64,000 bases of DNA, taken from positions 372,001-436,000 of the forward strand of contig CATNEN010000015.1 of NCBI GenBank assembly GCA_950097015.1. Direction: 5' to 3'. The translations under genes were made by a program, and so were the position numbers. Origin of the DNA: Macrostomum hystrix (Eukaryota > Animalia > Platyhelminthes). Under the pieces are notes generated by a model that saw only the letters and a program-made list of their open reading frames with translations, had not been told where the DNA came from and made no database searches. Positions 1 to 12,383 of the stretch are shown here, piece by piece; position 1 is the stretch's first letter, and each line of letters starts with the position of its first letter.

Positions 1-202
1 GCACAGCCAGACTCTTAGCTTCCCCTGTGAGCAGAGAGAAATTGGCTGGTGTGGGCAATTTCATATTTTACGTACACTAGCGCTTAAGTATGCCGAAAAC
101 TCGGAGCTTTGAACTTTTGGCCAACAATGGACGAGACTAGTGCCTTCCGCTGCTAAAGATCTGCATGGAAGACACCTCAGAACCGCGTACAGTACAGTAC
201 TA

Positions 203-2290
203 AGGACACCTGTACAGTTTTGAAGACACCTGTACAGATTTGAAGACACCTGTACAGTTTTGAAGACACCTGTACAGTTTTGAAGACCCTGTACAGTATT
301 AAATACACCTGTACAGTATTGAAGACACCTGTACAGATTTGAAGACACCTGTACAGTATTGAAGACACCTGTACAGTATTGAAGACACCTGTACAGTATT
401 GAAGACACCTGTACAGTATTGAAGACCCTGTACAGTATTGAAGACACCTGTACAGATTTGAAGACACCTGTACAGTTTTGAAGACACCTGTACAGTATTG
501 AAGACACCTGTACAGTATTGAAGACACCTGTACAGTATTGAAGACACCTGTACAGTATTGAAGACACCTGTACAGTATTGAAGACACCTGTACAGTTTTG
601 AAGACCCTGTACAGTATTAAATACACCTGTACAGTATTGAAGACACCTGTACAGTATTGAAGACACCTGTACAGTATTGAAGACACCTGTACAGTATTGA
701 AGACACCTGTACAGTTTTGAAGACACCTGTACAGTTTTGAAGACACCTGTACAGTATTGAAGACACCTGTACAGTATTGAAGACACCTGTACAGTATTGA
801 AGACACCTGTACAGTTTTGAAGACACCTGTACAGTATTGAAGACACCTGTACAGTATTGAAGACACCTGTACAGTATAGAAGACACCTGTACAGTTTTGA
901 AGACACCTGTACAGTATTGAAGACACCTGTACAGTTTTGAAGACCCTGTACAGTATTAAATACACCTGTACAGTATTGAAGACACCTGTACAGTTTTGAA
1001 GACACCTGTACAGTATTGAAGACACCTGTACAGTTTTGAAGACACCTGTACAGTATTGAAGACACCTGTACAGTTTTGAAGACACCTATACAGTTTTGAA
1101 GACACCTGTACAGTATTGAAGACACCTGTACAGTATTGAAGACACCTGTACAGTATTGAAGACACCTGTACAGTTTTGAAGACACCTGTACAGTATTGAA
1201 GACACCTGTACAGTATTGAAGACACCTGTACAGTTTTGAAGACCCTGTACAGTATTAAATACACCTGTACAGTATTGAAGACACCTGTACAGTTTTGAAG
1301 ACCCTGTACAGTATTGAAGACCCTGTACAGTTTTGAAGACACCTGTACAGTATTGAAGACACCTGTACAGTTTTGAAGACACCTGTACAGTATTGAAGAC
1401 ACCTGTACAGTATTGAAGACACCTGTACAGTATTGAAGACACCTGTACAGTTTTGAAGACCCTGTACAGTATTGAAGACACCTGTACAGTTTTGAAGACA
1501 CCTGTACAGTATTGAAGACACCTGTACAGTATTGAAGACACCTGTACAGTATTGAAGACACCTGTACAGTATTGAAGACACCTGTACAGTATTGAAGACA
1601 CCTGTACAGTTTTGAAGACCCTGTACAGTATTAAATACACCTGTACATTATTGAAGACACCTGTACAGTTTTGAAGACCCTGTACAGTATTGAAGACCCT
1701 GTACAGTATTGAAGACCCTGTACAGTTTTGAAGACACCTGTACAGTATTGAAGACACCTGTACAGTATTGAAGACACCTGTACAGTTTTGAAGACCCTGT
1801 ACAGTATTAAATACACCTGTACAGTATTGAAGACACCTGTACAGTTTTGAAGACCCTGTACAGTATTGAAGACCCTGTACAGTTTTGAAGACACCTGTAC
1901 AGTATTGAAGACACCTGTACAGTTTTGAAGACACCTGTACAGTATTGAAGACACCTGTACAGTATTGAAGACACCTGTACAGTATTGAAGACACCTGTAC
2001 AGTTTTGAAGACCCTGTACAGTATTGAAGACGCTGTACAGTTTTGAAGACACCTGTACAGTATTGAAGACACCTGTACAGTATTGAATACACCTGTACAG
2101 TATTGAAGACACCTGTACAGTTTTGAAGACACCTGTACAGTATTGAAGACACCTGTACAGTATTGAAGACACCTGTACAGTATTGAAGACACCTGTACAG
2201 TTTTGAAGACACCTGTACAGTATTGAAGACACCTGTACAGTATTGAAGACACCTGTACAGTATAGAAGACACCTGTACAGTTTTGAAGAC
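203..2290. repeat. Minisatellite, 20-bp unit GAAGACACCTGTACAGT(A/T)TT, about 105 copies, with interspersed 19-bp variant units
   Basis: Direct reading of the tandem unit, which contains the palindrome CTGTACAG. It explains the repetitive minus-strand ORFs at 61-2361. Confidence 0.97.
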
Positions 2291-2331
2291 AGCAAATTAA
2301 ATTTCTCGTTTAAGTACACAAATAGTTTTTC

Positions 2332-2393
2332 ACTAGCTGGAATTCGAACTTCAGACCTCACGGCTACGAGTCCAATGCTTGCACCACTGGGGA
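2332..2393 (-). mobile_element. tRNA-derived SINE head or tRNA pseudogene fragment
   Basis: Minus strand reads GTCCCAGTGGTGCAAGC...GAGGTCTGAAGTTCGAATTCCAGCTAG, with Pol III A-box-like and B-box-like (GTTCGAATTCC) motifs at tRNA-like spacing. The cloverleaf stems do not pair. Confidence 0.5.
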
Positions 2394-2861
2394 CTTAGAT
2401 TAATCAAGACACTTGAGTATCATTTTGTCATTTTTTGTGCGCTCTCTAAGTAAGCAGAAAAGTGCACGCACTGGTCAGTTAGCTGATTTAACCACATGAA
2501 AGGTTTTAATTGATTCATTCTTAAGGAGGCCGAATTTAATCCCCATCTGCTCTATTCGATTGTGAGCTCGGAAACAGGTAGAGGAAGCTGAGTACTGTAG
2601 TGCGATCTTTATTTAAATTTTAAATTTCATCCAAAACGCTACAAGCAGAATAGATCTTTCTCCACAGAATGACAAAAGCGTCTGATAACTAATATTTGCT
2701 TCCGTAACAGCGAGAACTCGCTTTGCAAGAAATGCCGAGAGCGGACGCTGAAACCAGAGCCGCGAACTAATTAGCCATGTCTCCGTGCCTTGAGCTCATT
2801 GGTTTGACAGGAAGATTACTGGCATGGCTCAGTGCGTCACGGATAACAAAGGTGAACTGGG

Positions 2862-3780
2862 ATGGGGTGAGACTGGTAGAGAGTGAGAGTGAGAGGGGGT
2901 GAGTGCAAGTGAGTGAGAGTGGGCTAGGGTGAGAGTGGTAGAGGGTGAGATTGGGAGGGAGTGAGAGTGGAAGGGAGTGAGAGTGGGAGGGAGTGAGAGT
3001 GGGAGGGAGTGAGAGTGGTAGAGGGTGAGATTGGGAGGGAGTGAGAGTGGTAGAGGGTGAGATTGGGAGGGAGTGAGATTGGGAGGGAGTGAGAGTGGGA
3101 GGGAGTGAGAGTGGGAGGGAGTGAGAGTGGGAGGGAGTGAGAGTGGGAGGGAGTGAGAGTGGTAGAGGGTGAGAGTGGGAGGGAGTGAGAGTGGTAGAGG
3201 GTGAGATTAGGAGGGAGTGAGATTGGGAGGGAGTGAGATTGGGAGGGAGTGAGATTGGGAGGGAGTGAGATTGGGAGGGAGTGAGATTGGGAGGGAGTGA
3301 GAGTGGTAGAGGGTGAGATTGGGAGGGAGTGAGATTGAGAGGGAGTGAGATTGGGAGGGAGTGAGAGTGGTAGAGGGTGAGATTGGGAGGGAGTGAGATT
3401 GAGAGGGAGTGAGATTGGGAGGGAGTGAGATTGGGAGGGAGTGAGATTGGGAGGGAGTGAGAGTGGTAGAGGGTGAGATTGGGAGGGAGTGAGATTGAGA
3501 GGGAGTGAGATTGGGAGGGAGTGAGAGTGGTAGAGGGTGAGATTGGGAGGGAGTGAGATTGAGAGGGAGTGAGATTGGGAGGGAGTGAGATTGGGAGGGA
3601 GTGAGAGTGGTAGAGGGTGAGATTGGGAGGGAGTGAGATTGAGAGGGAGTGAGATTGGGAGGGAGTGAGAGTGGTAGAGGGTGAGATTGGGAGGGAGTGA
3701 GATTGGGAGGGAGTGAGATTGGGAGGGAGTGAGATTGGGAGGGAGTAAGAGTGGTAGAGGGTGAGATTGGGAGAGTGTGA
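2862..3780. repeat. Minisatellite, 16-bp unit GGGAGTGAGA(T/G)TGGGA with variant GGTAGAGGGTGAGATT
   Basis: Direct reading; G-rich plus strand. Confidence 0.96.
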
Positions 3781-4236
3781 GGCTGCAGAACAACAGCTTC
3801 CGTCATTCTTGGCATTGATCGAAGGCAGTTGAAGAAAAAAACTAGTCAACGGAGCCAGGTGTCATCGACTCCGTCCGTTTGCCGTTGCCACGGGAGACTG
3901 CACGATTTGCCGGGAAAGTTGTGGAATTGCCGCTCAGCCCGTGTCAAATTCAGATACAGTTTGCCAGTGTTTGCCAATGCCCATTGTTTGTCTACCGCCA
4001 AAATGTCCGTTAAAAAAAGAAAATTTAACTTAAAAGAGATTTTTTAGTTCGAAAAAATTAAGACAATTTATGACAGGGCACCCACAGGGTCCATCCATTA
4101 GCGCAGATCTCATTATTGATACACTGCTTGCATCCAGACAGCCATGAGGCCTGTTGAAAGCATCTGGAAATGAACTTTTTTGAAATAGTTGCACTCCAGA
4201 ACTGCTTTGATGACCCCCATCACACTCGGAAACTAT

Positions 4237-6904
4237 CCATCTCACACTCTGCCTCTCACACTCTGCCTCTCACAGTCTGCCTCTCACAGTCTGCCTCTCA
4301 CAGTCTCCCTCTCACAGTCTCCCTCTCACAGTCTGCCTCTCACAGTCTCCCTCTCACACTCTGCCTCTCACACTCTGCCTCTCACAGTCTGCCTCTCACA
4401 GTCTGCCTCTCACAGTCTCCCTCTCACACTCTGCCTCTCACAGTCTCCCTCTCACAGTCTCCCTCTCGCAGTCTGCCTCTCACAGTCTGCCTCTCACAGT
4501 CTCCCTCTCGCAGTCTCCCTCTCGCAGTCTCCATCTCGCTGTCTCCCTCTCACAGTCTCCCTCTCGCTGTCTCCCTCTCACAGTCTGCCTCTCACAGTCT
4601 GCCTCTCACAGTCTCCCTCTCGCAGTCTCCCTCTCACAGTCTCCCTCTCACAGTCTCCATCTTAAAGTCTCCATTTTACAGTCTCCATCTTAAAGTCTCC
4701 ATCTCACAGTCTCCCTCTCACAGTCTCCCTCTCACAGTCTCCCTCTCGCAGTCTCCCTCTCACAGTCTCCCTCTCACAGTCTCCCTCTCACAGTCTCCCT
4801 CTCACAGTCTCCCTCTCACAGTCTGCCTCTCACAGTCTCCCTCTCACAGTCTCCCTCTCACAGTCTCCCTCTCACAGTCTGCCTCTCACAGTCTCCCTCT
4901 CGCAGTCTCCCTCTCACAGTCTGCCTCTCACAGTCTCCCCCTCACAGTCTCCCTCTCACAGTCTCCCTCTCACAGTCTGCCTCTCACAGTCTCCCTCTCA
5001 CAGTCTCCCTCTCACAGTCTGCCTCTCACAGTCTCCCTCTCACAGTCTCCCTCTCACAGTCTGCCTCTCACAGTCTCCCTCCCACAGTCTCCCTCTCACA
5101 GTCTGCCTCTCACAGTCTCCCTCTCACAGTCTCCCTCTCGCAGTCTGCCTCTCACAGTCTGCCTCTCACAGTCTCCCTCTCGCAGTCTCCCTCTCGCAGT
5201 CTCCATCTCGCTGTCTCCCTCTCACAGTCTCCCTCTCGCTGTCTCCCTCTCACAGTCTGCCTCTCACAGTCTGCCTCTCACAGTCTCCCTCTCACAGTCT
5301 CCCTCTCACAGTCTCCCTCTCACAGTCTGCCTCTCACAGTCTCCCTCTCACAGTCTCCCTCTGACAGTCTGCCTCTCACAGTCTCCCTCTCACAGTCTCC
5401 CTCTCACAGTCTCCATCTCACAGTCTCCCTCTCACAGTCTCCCTCTCGCAGTCTGCCTCTCACAGTCTGCCTCTCACAGTCTCCCTCTCGCAGTCTCCCT
5501 CTCACAGTCTCCCTCTCACAGTCTCCATCTTAAAGTCTCCATCTCACAGTCTCCCTCTCACAGTCTGCCTCTCACAGTCTGCCTCTCACAGTCTGCCTCT
5601 CACAGTCTGCCTCTCACAGTCTCCCTCTCACAGTCTGCCTCTCACAGTCTCCCTCTCGCTGTCTCCCTCTCACAGTCTCCCTCTCACAGTCTGCCTCTCA
5701 CAGTCTGCCTCTCACAGTCTCCCTCTCGCAGTCTCCCTCTCACAGTCTCCCTCTCACAGTCTCCATCTTAAAGTCTCCATTTTACAGTCTCCATCTTAAA
5801 GTCTCCATCTCACAGTCTCCCTCTCACAGTCTCCCTCTCACAGTCTCCCTCTCGCAGTCTCCCTCTCACAGTCTCCCTCTCACAGTCTGCCTCTCACAGT
5901 CTCCCTCTCGCAGTCTGCCTCTCACAGTCTCCCTCTCACAGTCTCCCTCTCGCAGTCTCCCTCTCACAGTCTCCCTCTCACAGTCTGCCTCTCACAGTCT
6001 CCCTCTCGCAGTCTGCCTCTCACAGTCTGCCTCTCACAGTCTCCCTCTCGCAGTCTCCCTCTCACAGTCTCCCTCTCACAGTCTGCCTCTCACAGTCTCC
6101 CTCTCGCAGTCTCCCTCTCACAGTCTCCCTCTCACAGTCTCCTTCTTAAAGTCTCCATCTCACAGTCTCCCTCTCACAGTCTCCCTCTCACAGTCTGCCT
6201 CTCACAGTCTCCCTCTCGCAGTCTGCCTCTCGCAGTCTCCCTCTCACAGTCTCCCTCTCACAGTCTCCATCTTAAAGTCTCCATCTCACAGTCTCCCTCT
6301 CACACTCTGCCTCTCACAGTCTGCCTCTCACAGTCTGCCTCTCGCAGTCTCCCTCTCACAGTCTCCCTCTCACAGTCTCCCTCTCACAGTCTGCCTCTCA
6401 CAGTCTCCCTCTCACAGTCTCCCTCTCACAGTCTCCCTCTCACACTCTGCCTCTCACAGTCTCCCTCTCGCAGTCTGCCTCTCACAGTCTCCCTCTCGCA
6501 GTCTGCCTCTCACAGTCTCCCTCTCACAGTCTGCCTCTCACACTCTGCCTCTCACAGTCTCCCTCTCGCAGTCTGCCTCTCACAGTCTCCCTCTCGCAGT
6601 CTGCCTCTCACAGTCTCCCTCTCACAGTCTGCCTCTCACAGTCTCCCTCTCACAGTCTCCCTCTCACAGTCTCCCTCTCACAGTCTGCCTCTCACAGTCT
6701 CCCTCTCACAGTCTCCCTCTCACAGTCTCCCTCTCTCGCAGTCTCCCTCTCACAGTCTCCCTCTCACAGTCTGCCTCTCACAGTCTCCCTCTCGCAGTCT
6801 CCCTCTCACAGTCTCCCTCTCACAGTCTGCCTCTCACAGTCTCCATCTCACAGTCTCCCTCTCACAGTCTCCATCTCACAGTCTCCATTTTAAAGTCTGC
6901 ATCT
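4237..6904. repeat. Minisatellite, 14-bp unit CACAGTCT(C/G)CCTCT, about 190 copies
   Basis: Direct reading. Variant blocks recur at exact multiples of 14 (672 and 1106 bp apart). Confidence 0.97.
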
Positions 6905-7262
6905 GAGTGTGTTATATGTTTAAACATATAAAACATCCTCAGTCAGGTTTGTTCTATCATTCATTTCCAAAGTGCGTCTCCTTTCATCCGCATGTCATAA
7001 TAAATTAATCTAAGCCCGGATAATGAAATTAAAGATGTCAAAAATTGACTGGAAATGTAGCAGACAGGCAGGTAACCACAGTCGACGACAGAAAACACTA
7101 GGGGATTGTTTCTGGCCAATCAGAATTCACTTTTCACTGACTAAAACTATGATGTATCCGAGGATGAGCCACACACAATGCGTGCGTCCCTTCTCTTCCC
7201 CCCTCTGTCTCTTAAGCCAGCTTTTGTGTGTCTCGACAGCAGGGTCAAAAATATGCTGGGCG

Positions 7263-9193
7263 CACACTCACACACTCACACACTCACACACACACACTCA
7301 CACACTCACACACTAACACACTCACACACTCACACACTCACACACACACACTCACACACTCACACACTAACACACTCACACACTCACACACTCACACACT
7401 CACACACTCACACACTCACACACTCACACACTCACACACTCACACACACACACTCACACACTCACACACTCACACACTCACACACACACACTCACACACT
7501 CACACACTAACACACTCACACACTCACACACTCACACACTCACACACTCACACACTCACACACTCACACACTCACACACTCACACACTCACACACTCACA
7601 CACTCACACACTCACTCACACACTCACACACTCACACACTCACTCACTCACTCACACACTCACACACTCACACACACACACACTCACACACTCACACACT
7701 CACACACTCACACACTCACACACTCACACACTCACTCACTCACTCACTCACTCACACACTCACTCACACACTCACACACTCACACACTCACACACTCACA
7801 CACACACACTCACACACTCACACACACACACACTCACACACTCACACACTAACACACTCACACACTCACACACTCACACACTCACACACTCACACACTCA
7901 CACACTCACACACTCACACACTCACACACTCACACACTCACACACTCACACACTCACTCACACACTCACACACTCACACACTCACTCACTCACTCACACA
8001 CTCACACACTCACACACACACACACTCACACACTCACACACTCACACACTCACACACTCACACACTCACACACTCACTCACTCACTCACTCACTCACACA
8101 CTCACTCACACACTCACACACTCACTCACACACTCACACACTCACACACTCACTCACACACTCACACACTCACACACTCACTCACACACTCACTCACTCA
8201 CTCACTCACTCACACACTCACTCACACACTCACACACTCACTCACACACTCACACACTCACACACTCACTCACACACTCACACACTCACTCACACACTCA
8301 CACACTCACTCACACACTCACACACTCACTCACTCACTCACTCACTCACACACTCACACACTCACTCACACACACTCACACACTCACACACTAACACACT
8401 CACACACTCACACACTCACACACACACACTCACACACTCACACACTAACACACTCACACACTCACACACTCACACACTCACACACTCACACACTCACACA
8501 CTCACACACTCACACACTCACACACACACACTCACACACTCACACACACACACACTCACACACTCACACACTAACACACTCACACACTCACACACTCACA
8601 CACTCACACACTCACACACTCACACACTCACACACTCACACACTCACACACTCACACACTCACACACTCACACACTCACTCACACACTCACACACTCACA
8701 CACTCACTCACTCACTCACACACTCACACACTCACACACACACACACTCACACACTCACACACTCACACACTCACACACTCACACACTCACACACTCACT
8801 CACTCACTCACTCACTCACACACTCACTCACACACTCACACACTCACTCACACACTCACACACTCACACACTCACTCACACACTCACACACTCACACACT
8901 CACTCACACACTCACTCACTCACTCACTCACTCACACACTCACTCACACACTCACACACTCACTCACACACTCACACACTCACACACTCACTCACACACT
9001 CACACACTCACTCACACACTCACACACTCACTCACACACTCACACACTCACACACTCACTCACTCACTCACACACTCACTCACTCACACACTCACACACT
9101 CACACACTCACTCACTCACACACTCACACACTCAAACACTCACACACTCACACACTCACACACTCACACACTCACACACTCACACACTCACAC
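7263..9193. repeat. CA-rich microsatellite, (CACACTCA)n / (CACT)n / (CA)n compound
   Basis: Direct reading; explains the His/Thr/Ser/Leu ORFs at 7178-8394. Confidence 0.98.
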
Positions 9194-10889
9194 GGAAGAC
9201 AAGACAGAAATAAAGGCATTGGGACATTGTCAGAGAGGCACCGGAAATGTCTGCAGGCAAGGCCTAAGCTGGGAATTCACCGCTGCTGGCTGCACGAGTC
9301 TGCTGTGCTCAGGAAGTTGTGAGTCCGCGAACAGCCTTGGAGAAAGAAGCTACAGAGATATTTGACTACCAGCTCTGCGATAACCGGATCTGGAATCTGT
9401 GTAGCAGTCGGGAACACAGGCCCGACTGACTGACTGGCATCAAAGCTTTGACGATGTTGTCGAGGTGAGAACACGCGCCCATTGCGAATGACTTTCCGAG
9501 TTTCGAAAAGAATCGACGGCTGGTCCGAGCCGGTGGGAATTCTATCGAAAATTTGCGAACAGATGTGCGAAATAAAAATGGGCAGCTGTATCAACAAGGG
9601 TATCGAGTTCGCGCCCCGTTGGCAAAGTACCTGAGGGCTGGGGAGGGGAGGCACAGTGCGCGAGACTGGAAAATAACAAACATAAGCTCGCGACATTAAT
9701 CAATTCGAACCGGCCCGACACGCAACACTGGCTGGGCCCGGCAAACTGAAACTAAATTGCTGCTTTGGAGGAAGATTCGGAGGAAATATTTATTAATTGT
9801 CGACGCAAATCCACCTGCTCAAAGTGTCACGCACAGGCGGTAGTTAGACTGGGGAGCAACTGCATGGTGTGAGATGGTTTACGACGAGATAATGGGATAA
9901 TAAAACATTTTACACGATTTGCTTTGTAATAGAAGCAGAATATTGTTACCTAAAACTTAATTATTAGACTGCATCAACACGCAGTGAAGTGACTTCTGAG
10001 CAGCAGCTCTGGAGAACTGAACTCTAAAACTCTTGCTCCATTGAGTCAGGGAGAGAGCACCATTGGATGGGGCCGAGGACTTTTTTACCATAGACTATAA
10101 TGAATTAAACGGCGTTTATGATATACTAAATGTGATTGCCCGTTGGACCATTAAAAGACTTAATGGGTTTGGAATGCAGACTGTTTGAGCCATAGACAAG
10201 AGATTGCATACTTGGAAGAAGCTCATTAAACATCCAATAAAAAAGCAGACAGACAAGAGTAAACGTCGCTGTGAAAGCAAGAATATTCTCTCAGAAATCT
10301 GACCTTTAGTCTATGGTCCAAAGTATCGCATTATTGGCTGGACAGTGTAAGTGCATGCTCAGGGTGAAGTGGAATGAACAGAAAATGATTTCGTTCAGTG
10401 AGTCTCAACAATCTATTGAAGTCCTAGGAATGTGGTGGCGCGTACAGTCGAGTCGTCATTAACGTCCGAGCACTACAAACGCATGCTTGACTTCGGTAGT
10501 CAAAGAGCTGGTTGCAAAATTCTTCGGTAGCCGCCCTGTCAGACACAAGCTCAAGCGGTAGAGTACTATTGAGTGAGCACAGCTCACCGCTCACATACGA
10601 GTCCGCAGGTCAGTTTTGGTCCTGGCTTTGGCATCAATCAAAGCGCGGATACTTGCCCCGAGAGTTAATCTAATTAATCACCTTGGAGTAAAGTGTGGCT
10701 CAGTTATTTTCTAGCAGACCAAAGAATGAAGCTTCTTATTTTGGCGGCTGAATGGCTGAATGAGGAAGGCGCCACTTGATGCATTTCGGGCCGCAAACTG
10801 CTGACCATGCAATAAAGTTTGCAGTTGCCGAGGCCTTTGCGAAGGGAGAGTAGAGATTTGGAATGGGATTAGAGAATGGGATACTTTAA

Positions 10890-11582
10890 GATGAGAATGG
10901 GAGATTAGTGTGGGGCGAATGCAAGATTAGAAGAGGAGAATGGAGGACTAGGATTACGAGAATGGGCGATTAGGGTGAAGAGAATGCGAGATTAGAAGAG
11001 GAGAATGGGAGATTAGGATATGAGAATGTGAGATCAGGAGATGAGAATGAGAGATTAGGATATAAGAATGGGAGATTAGGATATAAGAATGGGAGATTAG
11101 GATATAAGAATGGGAGATTAGGATATGAGAATGGGAGATTCGGATATAAGAATGGGAGATTAGGATATGAGAATGGGAGATTCGGATATAAGAATGGGAG
11201 ATTAGGATATAAGAATGGGAGATTCGGATATAAGAATGGGAGATTAGGATATAAGAATGGGAGATTAGGATATGAGAATGGGAGATTAGGATATGAGAAT
11301 GGGAGATTAGGATATAAGAATGGGAGATTAGGATATGAGAATGGGAGATTAGGATATAAGAATGGGAGATTAGGATATAAGAATGGGCGATTAGGATATA
11401 AGAATGGGAGATTAGGATATGAGAATGGGAGATTAAGATATAAGAATGGGAGATTAGGATATGAGAATGGTAGATTAGGATATTAGAATGGGAGATTAGG
11501 ATATGAGAATGGGAGATTAGGATATAAGAATGTTAGATTAGGATATAATAATGGGAGATTAGGATATAATAATGGGAGATTA
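10890..11582. repeat. Minisatellite, 21-bp unit GGGAGATTAGGATAT(A/G)AGAAT with degenerate left flank
   Basis: Direct reading. The in-frame GRLGYKN ORF at 11028-11486 follows from the 21-bp unit. Confidence 0.95.
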
Positions 11583-12383
11583 GCAAAATATTCTAATGAT
11601 CAGGGGAGATTAGGTGAGGATCATGAGGAAAAGGGTGGGACAGAGGTAGAGGATGGGGGATAGTAGGCTTGAACCGCTGACGGATGGAGTGAGAGTGCTG
11701 GTAGGCATGAGCATGAGCTCAGTTCAGCTCAGGCAGTGTCTGGGTGTGTTAGTAGGCAGCTGCAGCGATGAGGGATGGAGAGAAGTTGATTGTGCGGCCG
11801 GGAGGAGGAACTGCAGAGGGCCGGCTGCAGTGTGAATGACGCACAGGCCGACTTCCTGCATAATCAGCTGATGGCTGAGTCGGCATCGATCACCGGCCCC
11901 GACAGGCCGACAGAAATCTAAACTTCTCCTCCGCAGCACAATGTGAATTCGCTTGCTGCTTTGTTTTGGCAAGCCCGCCTGAGCTGCTCAATATTGACGC
12001 GGGCTCAGCCCCGGATCCACAGGTAGCGAAATTGGCTTGGCCCCGCAACACAAAACAAAAACATGAGCTGGGCTTTAAAAACCGATGTGCTCAGGCCAGC
12101 GGTGGAGTAGGCCTTGATTGCATTACTGGTACAAAATACACTTTTGTTTGCTTCTGATTTTATATATTTTACCGGCTAATTAATTTCTTAGTCAGTGCTA
12201 AAAAGTATGAAGGATCGAATATAAAGTACATTAGGCGCATAGAGACAGCATGGCAACGAGACTTGAGGAACTGGCAACCACAAATACCTTGAATTCGCAA
12301 AGTTTGCAATCTGGTTGCCATGCGGTTGCCATGCAAGTAAAATGAAACTCGGTGAGCAGAGCTGAGTCGGGGAAAAGCATCGA

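Noticed and set aside
61-8394. Long repetitive ORFs (VFNTVQVSSILYRC, SLPPNLTPSQ, SHSLPLTV, THSHTH)
   Set aside because: They are translations of 20-, 16-, 14- and 8-bp units open in several frames at once, with no unique coding context.
9540-9620. PLLIQLPIFI resembles the YidC/Oxa1 GCLPLLIQMPIF motif
   Set aside because: No downstream TM helices or W..DL..PDP context; likely a chance match.
10250-10790. Possible decayed reverse-transcriptase remnant (LLQGD, TTFLG on the minus strand)
   Set aside because: The motifs are isolated, interrupted by stops and not in a convincing register.
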